Assembly: GCA_015680685.1 (NCBI GenBank) | Contig: MNCI01000972.1 | Location: 62,001 to 126,000, forward strand | Source: Gnetum montanum | Taxonomy: Eukaryota; Plantae; Gnetophyta | Length of the DNA stretch: 64,000 nucleotides | Reading direction: 5' to 3' | Shown: one piece after another, positions 1 to 11,599 of the stretch | Layout of the letters: the number at the start of each line of letters is the position of its first letter | Numbering within the stretch: the first letter of the stretch is position 1 | The notes under the pieces: model-generated | Databases searched by the model: none | Told to the model about the DNA's origin: nothing | The model's input: only the letters and a program-made list of their open reading frames with translations | Translations under genes and position numbers: made by a program

Positions 1-2294
1 TAGTTTAGACATTGGGATAGAACTCAAACGGAGCATGCCTCAATGCTGACCAAGCCTAAAACACATGCCAACAAAGAACTTGTCAAAGTCCTAGAAGATA
101 ATCATATAACATGAGTGATGTACAAATACATTGCAACAATAAAACCATGATAAGCTAATTAGTCACTTACTTCACTCTTGTGGACATCATGGGAACTACT
201 AGTTAAACCCTCCATATTCATCATTGTGTATTGGTAGTTGGTGTCATGCTCATATGAGGACATGCAATGTTCCATAGCACATCCCATGTTGTACCCAAGG
301 CTAAACCCCAACACAAAGTTAAACTACACAACCTTTCCAAGGTCCCACTGAGTGGGGTACAGAGGAATGCCATAGCCTCATCAAGTATAGCATGGACTTG
401 CCATGAGAGTATGGTTTTGAAAGCATAAGAAGCAAAGGATCCATTGTGCCCCCACAATCCCCAAACCATGGAAAAGGTAGCAAGCCATCACCTACATTAC
501 TACCCTTCTCATAATTCTCCCTTGCTTAAAATGAGCAATGACCTCGGAGCATGGCCAAGGTAGCCCATGAGAACACTACATTATGATTGAGGAAGGATTT
601 CATCAATTCTAGGGAAATATCTTGTACTACATGGAATCAAATAAGAAGGATCCTGAGTTTAGGAAGGTCCAATAGCTAGGTCACAAACCATAAAAGCTTC
701 ATTATTAAACTCAACCTTCTTCCCAAGAACTGGATTCCTGGTACTACTTGACATCCAAGTTATGAATGACACCTTTCCAAACTTGGTGTGTCCCTCTCCT
801 ATGTCTTGCTTAAGATGCAAGACCCATAGGAGAGTCCTTAAGTGTTCCAGTGTAGTGACGTGAAAGAACATGCTAACTTATAGGGAAAACAAACACAAGG
901 CGTCCCTTAACTCATTTTCCATAAGGTCTAGGGGCATCAACATGCTTACATGAAACATTGAATGGACTCAAGCCATATTAACTGGTAACTATAATATAAG
1001 TTACAAGGTTGATCTTTTCAAAGATCTTGACGAGGTTGTCATATTTCCCAAGTGGTTTTAATACAGTACCCTACTTTTGTTTGAACTGGCGAAGGTCAAA
1101 TTTGGAAAGGATCCAATCCCCAACATTGAATACTTGAGGATGGTGCTTGTGATCTACATATTTCTTTATGCACCACACTGCCTATTTCTTCATGCATTGC
1201 ACTACCCTTTCCAAACAATCCCTTACTACTTCAACTTTTTTAGACCAAATTTTCATGAATTCATCAATTGTGAAATGATGATCTTGCATGGATGAAGAAA
1301 TGATATAAGGAGTCATGGGTGGCTTACCCATCACCAATTTTGCAAAGAAGAACCCAATTGTTGAGGACTTCTACATGTTATAACTCAACTGGCCTATTTC
1401 CAAAAGTAATGTATGCTTGATGTTACTTTTTCACATGCTAATGATGACATATACTTTTAATATGCATATTGTCTGATCCATGTTAATGGCTAAGAAAAGG
1501 ACAAATGACTCATTTAATAGGGACATGGCTCTCTTGGATATTGTCACTCTTACATATCTACTCCCTCATGATCCCACTTGTCCAAGTCAAGAATTCATCA
1601 TGTCATTAATAGAAAAAAAAATTAGAGGATAGTATTGTCTTATCCTTATCCTTTGTATAAACTTTTATGCACAAGTCTTTGCCCAACCCTTGAAGTCTCC
1701 TTTATGCTATAAATAGGGGGAATTTTTCTCTTGCTTTTACCTTTGCCAAGTGAGAGAAGACAATGCTAGTTTGGGGTATAAATAAAAGACAGAAGAAGGT
1801 GTGTGTTTATTCCTTGTTTGTTCCTAAGGGTTGCCTTTAGTGGTTTTGTGTGTGTTCTTAATAGAGGGTTGGAAGGTTGACCCTCTTGTTGTTATTAAAG
1901 GCTACTGTGGCTAATTCTAAGCATGAACTTTATCTGATTTTCTTGGAGAATTTTGGTTGTACCTTGAAATTATTGTTTTGAGTTGATTTGTGAGGCTGCC
2001 AACTAAACAACAGCCCAAGCCTTAAGTATGTTCTTTCCCAAATTGGTCAACCCAATCTTATATGTGTGTATTCCAAGCCTTTGTTGTATATAAATTATTG
2101 ATAGGTGTTTATTATCTTGGCTTGGACAAGTTGAGGATTATTTTATGAGAGCATGTGGGATTTTTTGCGAGTTGTGAGTTATACATGAGATCTTTCATGA
2201 GTCATGAATCTGATTTCTAACATAAATGTATTGGGCTTATGATTTAGCATTTTCTTTGTGTTATGTGCACTCGACATTTCATGTTTTTGTGAAC
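1..2294. repeat. Copy A of a >=2.3 kb dispersed direct repeat (gypsy LTR, PPT and integrase tail on -, plus an LTR-like promoter segment on +)
   Basis: Colinear with 52813-55104, about 90% identical by eye; near-identical ORFs at 659-871 and 53475-53687; TATA ctataaatag at ~1708. Confidence 0.95.
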
Positions 2295-2701
2295 CTATAT
2301 ATTGTTGATCCCCAACCACTATTTGAAGCCTATTATAAATTAAATAATCTTGTTTGGTGAAAACATAGTAGAGGATTAGAATTGCATCTAACCACATATG
2401 TTGGTGTTGCTTGTAATATAAAACTTGAAACAAGCAAGTCACACAATCCACCATTATATTGAATCATATTCTTATCACCCAATGTTCTAAGAAATTGGAG
2501 GAAAAAAATGGAGCGAAAATTTAAAGGTTGGTTATCATTATTCTACATGTTCCAGTCTTCTCTAAATATCATGGTCTAGAAGTCTTCCAAAAATATTTTA
2601 AAGTCTTCTTATTTTGTATAAATGGTTTGTTATGATGCACTTGCATTTTCTCATAATTATATCATCCATTTGTAAATTATGTTTTTAGCATTTGAGTCAT
2701 T

Positions 2702-3375
2702 ATTCAAGCTTCTTGTTCAAGTACAAATCACCAAGATAAAAGATATAAATGCAAAAAATTTCAAATAGTGTCTTTTATGTTTGAAGACTTAAGCCTACGA
2801 AGGTCACAATTTTGTAAATAAAGAAGATGTAGAAAATTGTGCAAACTATAGAGAAATCAAGCTAATGAGCTATATAGTGAAGCTTTGGGAGAGAATCATA
2901 GACTTGAATCAATAGTACCAGAAAAATCAATTTGGATTTATACTAGCTAGATCTACTATAGAGGTTATCTTCTTAATACAACAATTAATAGAGAAATTCA
3001 AGCTCTTGTTCAAGTACAAATCACCAAGATAAAAGATATAAATGCAAAAATTTTCAAATACAGTGTCTTTTATGTTTGAAGACTTGAGCCTATGAAGCTC
3101 ACAATTTTGTAAATAAAAAAGATGTAGAAAATTGTGCAAAGTATAGAGAAATCAAGCTAATGAGCTATATAGTGAAGCTTTGGGAGAGAATCATAGAGCG
3201 CAATCTTACACTTGAATCAATAGTACCAAAAAAATCAATTTGAATTTATACTAGGGAGATCTACTATAAAGGTTATTTTCTTAATACAACAAGAGATTCA
3301 AAAAACATAGAAAAAACCTACATGTGATCTTCATTAACTTAACTTGGAAAAAGCATATCATAGAGTGCCTAAAGG
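2702..3375 (+). mobile_element. RTE-clade LINE RT fragment, duplicated in tandem (~294-300 bp unit)
   Basis: Encodes DVENCANYREIKLMSYIVKLWERII..NQFGFI..RSTIEVIFLIQQ, then LHVIFI..EKAYHRVP; units start at attcaagct 2702 and 2996. Confidence 0.8.
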
Positions 3376-3539
3376 TAGGCCTTGCAAATGAAAAACAACA
3401 ATGGTTGTCTGTAAATGCTTTTAAACCTTCCAACTTATAACTTCAAGCTCCATTTCATTCATGTTTCACCTTAGAGAACATTTTGTTGGTCTTCCTCTTA
3501 TCAGAGTAGTGGTTGATAATCTAAGCTGGAAAGCACAGA

Positions 3540-4490
3540 CGCTGTTAGATTGTGGGGTGGAAAGAAAATGTTTGAATATTTCCTTTTCCAGCCCCACACT
3601 TTCAGTAGAGGGAGAGTTATCACCTTAAAAATTAATTCAAATTTTGTAAACATGGAATATTCTCGTACATCGATAGCGATATCTTCGGCAGCGTCGTGGC
3701 GAAGAAAGAGCCGGCATGCAAAACTTACACCACGCCAATCGTACAGGACATATTTGAGAATACAGACCTGCTCCTAAACATTCTTATTCTTGTTACCCTT
3801 CTACAGATTTGGGTTGATGCGAGGCAGGCAACACGTCCCAGAAACTTTTCTAAATTCCAGCAGAATGTTGAATCAAGTCGAAGCACAAAAGGAATCGAAT
3901 TTTTGGATCAGGTAGTTATCAAAAATTAGGCAACGAATATCCTCATTATGGATAGAAGAGAAGCTAAATATCAACACCGGCCACACATTTTTATGATTTG
4001 CAGAGAAAACAATATGTGTACTTTATTGATCTGTAGAAGCACAAAATGCTACGCAATCCCGATGATGTAAGCGTGGTGATGGGATGAATGTGACCGGAAA
4101 ATGTGTGCAACCAATAGTCGGCAAGAATTCCTGACAGAATTATTAAAGAAGAATAAAAGTAAAGGGAATTTTGGAAAAGAACACGTCTGTTACTTGCCAG
4201 TGTTTATTTGCTTTATCTTTGCCAGAGACCCCCATTATCGGTTACTTGGTATCCGTCATGCAAAGATCAACACTCTTAAGTTTGTTGAGAGGATAGCTGA
4301 AACTTTTGCTTTATCAACATAAAGAGATGCTTTTCTAGAAAAACTGCAGATCCTGGATTGGTTCATGCACTACAGGCATCTGATTGCTTTGATTTGATTC
4401 CCAATAAAAGGTCAGATTGGGAATAATGAAATACGATATGCTGTTCTTTTTTCTTTTTCTTTTTTATAAAAGGAGCAAGGTGGGTACTGA
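3540..4490 (+). promoter_or_regulatory. Probable metacaspase promoter/5' region, CpG-retaining
   Basis: About 25 CpG by eye in 3540-4260, against strongly CpG-depleted flanking TE DNA; ACACGT cores near 3831 and 4180. Confidence 0.5.
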
Positions 4491-4559
4491 ATGAGGCATA
4501 GCAAGAGCAATAAGCAGCCAAAAGAGTGTGTGAGAAGAGGGAGAGAGATTATTGAGACA

Positions 4560-4860
4560 ATGGCAACCGTGGTAGTGACTTGCACGGGATGCAGAAGGCA
4601 GATCAGGGTGCCCGTGAGTGCACAGAATCAACGATTCAGATGTGGCAGATGTGGAGTAGTGCAGCAGATCAGGCCAAGAATGTTAGTACCAATGCCGAGC
4701 ATAATCAGAGTGGGTGGTAACAAGAGGGCACTTCTTGTTGGGGTATCATACAAAGGCACTCCCTTTGAACTGGATGGCTGCACCAATGATGTTTCTGACA
4801 TGCAACACCTTCTTACCACCAAGTTCAACTTTCCTGCTGACTCCATCCTAACCCTCACAG
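4560..4860 (+). CDS. Metacaspase exon 1 (Zn finger + start of p20)
   Basis: MATVVVTCTGCRRQ...ILTLT; ends ACAG|gcatgt (GC donor, phase 1). Confidence 0.9.
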
Positions 4861-7800
4861 GCATGTTTCATATTCTTGTCTTTATCCACTGTCTCTGTAT
4901 GATGTCATTGTTATGTATTCATGTTTTTTCTGAATTATATATGCATAAGACTGATTTGCAGCACAAAACTTCTGGTCTATAGACTCTACCTTAGCAGTTA
5001 TTATATGGTGGGTAGATGTCTAAGAAGGCATCCTGCCACTGCAATGATGTGTTACGTGGTAAGAGTCTTGGATTGGTAACCCAGGTCAAGGTTCAATTCC
5101 ACTGGCCACACTCAGTTATAAAATTATTTTAGAAAAAGAACTTCATAAAAGGAATTCTAAAATTTGTCTGATAGATCTAAGGTCAGTGGATGGTAAGTAA
5201 AAAATTTCAGTTTCAGTTTCATAATGACTTGCACATTCATACTTTTGTTTATCTTATGATCATTTTATTTATGCAAATCTCTTATTCCTGCTGATTCCAT
5301 ACCCACCCTCACAGGCATTTCTTACTCATACTCCCTCGTTACCCACTGTCTCTAACTAAATTCACGGTTATCTGTATTTCTGTTTTTTCTTAATCTTGTA
5401 TGCATAACGCTGATGTGCAGCAGAAATAATTGAGTTTGTGGTATACAGATTTTACTATTTTAGCATACAATTTCTTATGCTAAGATGGGTATACGCCTAA
5501 GATGGTTTCCTGCCACTGTAATGACTTCCAGGTTCTTTATCAGCACAGTAGGATGTACATGTTTAATCAATTTGTTCAGTTTCATTTTCAGAATATGCAT
5601 ATCTCTTTACGCATGTTCCAGGTCATTTTAGTAAAAACATTGATTCTACCTTTGTAATATGCTTTAAACCAGGTAAATGACTTTTATGAAGGTAATATTG
5701 CTACCTATTTTAAGGCAGATTTGTATGCATTGATAATCCACCTGCACATGTAATGATATTAGATTTTCACGGTATTAAGCGAAATACTCCAAACGATTAA
5801 TCAATAATTTCGTCTTCACCCTATGCACTTTATAATATCTTTAATACGATTTGTGACATACAAAGCTTCAGTTTGATAACAGCATTTATTCAAATGTCAG
5901 GTTTTGATTACAAGGGTATTACTGTTTTGATTTCAACCCTTGCCCGTGTCATCCCTTCACTTTAAAAGGGACGTATCATTGAAAGCATGAGAGGCTTGCA
6001 CTGTCCTACCAAAGATCCCCCTAGATAAGTGGAAGAATGACCTAAGGAAACTATTTTCATGTACATTTTGTTTTATTCAGCAAGTATAGTCCTTGGCTTG
6101 AGGATTATCCATCATATATACATCATACCAAACCGGCGAACCCTTTACCTATCTAAGATTTCATTTATAAATAATTTTGTAAAGAGTTCAGCAATGTGAA
6201 CATCCTGTACGTGCAGTTTAGATTTATTCCCATACCTTATTTCATGGATTTCGTAATTTGGCTATCTTATTTTAACCATTTTGGTTGATTTGTTTCAATT
6301 CTTACTAAGAACACCCGGTAATTTCAAAATGATATTCCCAAAACTCATAGCATGTATATTTCTATTCTCCAATAGATCCAGAGGCTCTATGATGTAATAA
6401 AATTTCAGTGTCAATGTCATTTTGATCAAAATTTCAAATTCCTTTATTTATGTGGTGTGGCAGAGGATGTGAAAGACAGCAAGAGAATACCCACAAAGAA
6501 AAATATTGAGAGGACTCTGAGATGGCTGGTGGAAGGATGTTCACCAGGGGACTCTCTGGTATTCCATTTTTCAGGTCATGGCTTCCAAAAGCCAGATCTC
6601 AGAGGAGAGGAGATGGATGGCTATGATGAGACATTGCTGCCTATGGACTTCCAAAAGGCTGGCATGATAGTGGACAACGACTTGAATGAAGCCATTGTCA
6701 GGCCTCTCACACCAGGTGTTCGTCTGCATGCCATTGTCGATGCCTGTCATTCTGGGACAATCATTGACATCCCCTATGTCTGTTGCCTTAACAAGTAACA
6801 TTCTTTCCCTCACCTGCTTTGCTTACTCTATTTATTGAAGGGATTTCTCATTAATCTTATTAGTATAAAAGATGGCATATCTTGAAATTGTTTGTTTCTG
6901 CTATATAGAAATTTGACTGCTAGGGCATGAGCATAATTCACCAGCAAGTTTTAGTAACAGAATCAGCAAAGTTTTAGAATTAAAATTAGTCTACAGTAAA
7001 ATTTGTGTATTAACATACTTCTAACATTAATATAGTGTACCCCAGTCATCAGCGACAGCAGCAATCTATAAAACAAGTTTAAGAATTAACATTAGTCTAC
7101 AGTAAAACTTATGGCTAGAGTTTTTAGAACAAATGTAAAAAATTTCCACCAACACTTGTAGACAATCAGTAACTTCTGTTGGATGTTAGCCTGGTTAGGT
7201 TCTCTCTTCAGAATAAAATAGAATGTTTGGCTTTACCTTAACGTATAAGCAAACTTTAATGTGCTCAAAACTAATGAAAATGAAATAGCTCCCAATAATC
7301 ATGATTATCCTTATTCATTTTAGATTCAGCAAGAATGGCATGTAACTCAACAAAAGCCCAGATTCAAAAATCTAAAAATTTTTAATCTCAAAAAGTGAAA
7401 TACTTTGACATTTCTAATGATTGCAGAATATAATACCCTAATAATATGGTAATCTTATCCGAAAATATTATGTCCGACTGTTTCTCTATTTTCACTATTT
7501 TGCCGCTTTTCCTCTTAAAAATGTAGAGATGGGAAATGCATGTGGGAAGATCACACACCTCCAAATGGAGCTTACAAAGGCACAAGGGGTGGAGAGGCAT
7601 TTTCACTCACCAGCTGTGCTGATGAACAGACCACCCTTGATGCCAAGGTTAGTTAAATAACAATGCCCTTTACTGATGCCATTACTATTCATTGTCTTTA
7701 TAACAGCAGATTTATGACTGCTTTTGGGTGCAGAGTTTGACGAAGGTGAAGTCCTCGGGTATAATGACACATAGTTTTATGAAGGCAATTGACAAGGGGG

Positions 7801-7958
7801 AGGCTGCAACTTATGGGAAGCTGCTGAGAGCCATGAGCAGGTACATTATAGAAGCTCGTGAAAAGTCAACCTTACCTCAAGCTGCCCAGGCATTTCAGGA
7901 ACCACAGCTCTCATCTACTTACCCCTTTGACATAGATGACAAACCATTCCATCTCTGA
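4560..7958 (+). CDS. Type I metacaspase (AtMC1-3 class, peptidase C14) with LSD1-like zinc-finger prodomain; 4 exons: 4560-4860, 6464-6794, 7527-7647, 7734-7958
   Basis: Spliced length 301+331+121+225=978 nt = 325 aa + stop; phases 1/2/0 match across junctions. Motifs: CTGC-x16-CGRC, KRALLVGVSY, LDGCTND, catalytic FHFSGHG and DACHSGT, WEDH..KGTRGGEA, GIMTHSF, QEPQLS..FD...PF. An in-frame upstream ATG at 4491 could add 23 aa. Confidence 0.95.
4831..5525 (+). repeat. Diverged duplication of the exon 1 end plus intron 1 start (4831-5045 vs 5285-5525)
   Basis: ttcctgctgactccatcctaaccctcacaggcatgt vs ttcctgctgattccatacccaccctcacaggcattt; tcctgccactgcaatga vs tcctgccactgtaatga. Confidence 0.85.
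5047..5112 (+). mobile_element. tRNA-derived SINE-like remnant in intron 1
   Basis: A-box-like ..ACGTGGTAAGAGTCTTG and B-box GGTTCAATTCC; a related GTGGTAAGACTCTTG occurs on the - strand at ~15265-15337. Confidence 0.4.
6464..6794 (+). CDS. Metacaspase exon 2 (catalytic His and Cys)
   Basis: gtggcag|AG GAT GTG ... SGHG ... DACHSG ... AAC AA|gtaaca. Confidence 0.95.
7527..7647 (+). CDS. Metacaspase exon 3 (linker and p10 start; not in the ORF track)
   Basis: atgtag|A GAT GGG AAA TGC ATG TGG GAA GAT CAC = DGKCMWEDHTPPNGAYKGTRGGEAFSLTSCADEQTTLDAK|gttagt. Confidence 0.92.
7734..7958 (+). CDS. Metacaspase exon 4 (p10)
   Basis: gtgcag|AGT TTG ACG: SLTKVKSSGIMTHSFMKAI...QEPQLSSTYPFDIDDKPFHL*. Confidence 0.93.
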   Translation, partial: SLTKVKSSGIMTHSFMKAIDKGEAATYGKLLRAMSRYIIEAREKSTLPQAAQAFQEPQLSSTYPFDIDDKPFHL

Positions 7959-8499
7959 TCTTTTTCTGCCTGTGTTCCATGTCTCCTCCCTGTGTCCTCT
8001 TTGTGTGGACTTCCGTTTAAAGCTCATTGTTATGGTGTGAAAGTTTGCTTAAAGGTTGACCTCCATTTTCTCTAATTGTATCTATGTTTCTGGTTGAACA
8101 ATGAATGTTAAGTTTTTAGTTCTGATTTTTTTTGTTTTCAAAATCTGGATGCTTATCTCCTATTGTTTCATTTGCTTGGCAATCTTAGAACCCAAGTTCA
8201 CTGATTCAAACAAACTATGATCTCCTCACGCTTTGAAAGATAATGTCATAATGTAATGAATTTAAACTTTAATCAAACATTACGTAAGTTACATAGATAA
8301 ACTTAACAAATGTGCATGGTGGAGGAGCTGACGATGGTGGGATAGTTCAAGAATTAAAAAAAAATTAGTAAGAAAAGTGTTTTTCAGTCATAATTAAATC
8401 ATTTCAATTTCCATGAAAGTGTAATTAACTGAATCTAAGCCAACTGCTACAAAATAAGGGGCATAATGGCACCCTTATGCATAACATTGTGAGGCAGAG

Positions 8500-11330
8500 G
8501 TAGGCTATGCTATTCTAAAAAATTAAATCATGAAATTACCAAGTATCCAAAAACGTTTGATTTAGGAAATCCTTAATTTGAAGCAGAAAGTATTTGCAGA
8601 GTGAAGTAGTAACTAAGGCCGCTCCAACGTTCTCAAACCCTGAAAAGCTACATAGCAAGCTCCTTGACTAAATTTTGTAATAACATCCAGCCTTCTAGTG
8701 ATCCATACACTTAACAACCACATTCTATTTTTTATTTAGGAGCTAGTGTCACTAGGATTAGGTTAAATAATCAATTTGTCTAACTTGATTGCCATGCCTC
8801 CAAGCTAATCTGGCTTCAATGCTAGTCGCAAAAGAGTTCAAGCTTATCTAGGAAGGTTTCCATTGCAAAAAGCCTTTAAATTGAGTATCTTGTCTTTGAA
8901 ATCCCCATTTTACTTTGGCATGTTGCCAACAGAGGATCATTCCTAATAGTAAATAATTGAGTAACATGATGGAGATTGTGATTGACAAAACAAGTGGCTC
9001 TATGAGAGAATTCATCATAAAGACAACCCAAACTCTTTTTAAAAATAGGAGACCACTAAATAGAGTGCATCAACAAAGAGTTCAAGCTTATCTGGAAAGG
9101 TTTCCATTGCAAAAAGCCTTTAAGTTGACTCCAACACCACCAAATTTGCTTGAACAAGAAAGAACCTATAATCTTCTAAGAACCTTTTGTTGATGATCCA
9201 ATTGCTCCAATGAGTGTTTCTCCATTTATGGTGATTACCAAGATAAGAAATATTATGCCTAAAAAAGATCTTCCAAGCTTCATCTCCTTCTATACAGCCA
9301 ATGACCCACTTGGAGGCCAAGAGAATACTTTGGTGCTCAATAGAGGTGAGGCCTAAGCCCCTGTGTTCCTTGTTTAAAGTGCAACTATCCCAAGCAACTT
9401 GATGAAAAACTTTGTGATTGTCCTTATCCCCCCATAAAAAATTCTTAAGAATTTTGTTGATGCATTGAAAGGAAGATTTGGAAGGAGCCATAAAGGAAGA
9501 GTAGTGCACGTTAGTGGAGCTCAAAATATGATTAACTACGATAAATCTACTTGCAAGAGATAAGGGTTTAGAAGCCCATTTCAAAGCTTTATGTTTCACT
9601 TTTTCTATCACATTGTTCCATAAGGTAGTGGGAGTGGGAAATAAAGCTATCAGGATACCCAAAATGGTGAAAATATCTATAAGAGAAAGCCGCTTGATAT
9701 TAAAATGATAAGTCCAAGTAGGCCTTGGAGAGAAGCTAGATTGAATAGCTTGCATTTTGTTCCAATTGATTTTAGCTCCTAAGGCTCTACAATAGATGTC
9801 AATGCAATCCAAGGTAGTGTTAAAATTATTATGGTCCTCAAGCAAAGTGAGAAAAGTATCATCCGCAAACTAGCTATAAACGATATCCTTTCCTTCTTGT
9901 GGAAGAGAGATACCTCTTAACCTCACAAATTCATTGTAAGATCTAAGAACAACTCCAAGAGCATCAGCAGCTAGGATAAAAGGATAAGAAGCAAAAGGGC
10001 ATCCCTGTCATACTGATTTTTGAAGCTCAATAACCTTAGAGAAGGTTTCGATAATACAAATAACTAAAGAGGCCTCTAACAAAACCAGATCAATATGTCA
10101 TCAAAAATAGTACCTAAGTTATGATGCTTAACTACACTTTTTAAATAGGATCAATCAAGCATGTCATAAGCTTTTACAAAATTGAGCTTAAGAAGAATGG
10201 CTTTTTGATTAGTGAAAGAAGCCCAATGCAAGCCCTTTGTAGCAATAATGACATTGTCTAAAATATATTTGCCTTGAACAAATCTAGCTTGCTCTTTGCT
10301 TATGAGATGAGGAAGAAAAGGTTTTAATTTATTGGTTGTAGCTTTAGCAACAATTTTGTAGATAACATTTAAAAGAGGGATAGGGCGCTAGTTGCTAATG
10401 CACATACAATCTCCTGACTTGGGTAGAAGCTTAATAATACCAGCATTGATCACTTTGCCAAAGGAACCTTTCCTAAGAGCTTTCTTATATACACTATAGA
10501 TAGTATCTTGAAAAGTGGGCTAGAATTTCTTGAAAAATTTTGTAGAAAGGCCAATTATACCAAGGGCTTTGCCATCATGGAATTGTTGAAGAGCTTTACC
10601 AAGATCTTGTTTAGATAGAAGAGAAGCATCACCAAAGATGGAACAATTGAAAAAAGTAATAACTCCTAAGTAGGTATTAACTGCAGTGGGATCATATCTT
10701 TTTTTTTTTTTTTTTTTGAAAAATTCGAGAGTAGAACTCAAAGAAAGCTTATAGAATGTCAATCTTGGAGGTAAAGATATTATCATCAACTTGAATAGCT
10801 AGGATTTTAGGGGACGGGTGTTCCCCTTTGAGAAGACCAAAAAAATCTTTAGTAGCCTAGTCACCCATGCTGAGCCAAGAAAGATAGGCCTAAAGGTGAG
10901 CACCTCTAGCTTCATGGTGATTCATCATACACATGTTCTCCTTAGCAATTTGCAAGCAATAGAATTGAGCCTCAGTAGCTTCACCTCTATTAATGGTGTT
11001 TTGTAATAAGGAGATTTCCTTATGAGGTTTTAGATATGAGAATTTAATCTTGAAGCCACCAATTTACCTGCATCTTTGGAAACCGTTGGAGGTGAGTACA
11101 AGCATTAGTCCACCAATCAACCCAACTTCTTCTCCATGGGGTTTAGGATGCAGATTCCATATTTGCATCAATAAAGAGCAAAGGGAGATGCTACAAAGAA
11201 AGACAATGTTAAAAATATAAAGGTCATTGGAAGAGTAGAAGTAGCCAAAGAGGAAAAGAGACTAGTGAATAGGATAATGACTTGACAGAAACTGGGTATA
11301 ATATGCCTAAATAGGATGAGTAATGTTGTT
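8500..11330 (-). mobile_element. Degenerate L1/Tx1-clade LINE ORF2
   Basis: RPIPLLNVIYKIVAKA (~10380), KLNFVKAYD (~10180), QGCPFASYPF (~10000), FADDT (~9865), GAKINWNK, LSLASRFIVVNHIL, FLWG, VAW..GLGL; ends approximate. Confidence 0.88.
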
Positions 11331-11599
11331 GCTTACAAAATGCTTGTGAATATATAACCTCGCATAATGAAATCCACTAAGAACAACAATGCTAAAAAAC
11401 TTTTAAAACATGATTTTAGGTTAAAACTGAAGTCGTATTTGCAATATTTTTATGAGAAGATGCATGGTCTATATTAAGTCTTAACGTTCTACTTGCATAG
11501 CACTTGCATCTTAAAATAGATCATTCATCACAACATCTAATGGTATCATGGCTAAAAAGTAGAACATTGAAAATTTTGATGAAGCAATGAATCTAATAT

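Noticed and set aside
4861-4982. Hydrophobic C-terminal part of ORF 4491-4982
   Set aside because: Intron read-through past the GC donor; homology resumes at 6464.
5047-5112. Functional tRNA gene
   Set aside because: A/B-box-like motifs are present but I could not build a convincing cloverleaf; treated as a SINE-like remnant.
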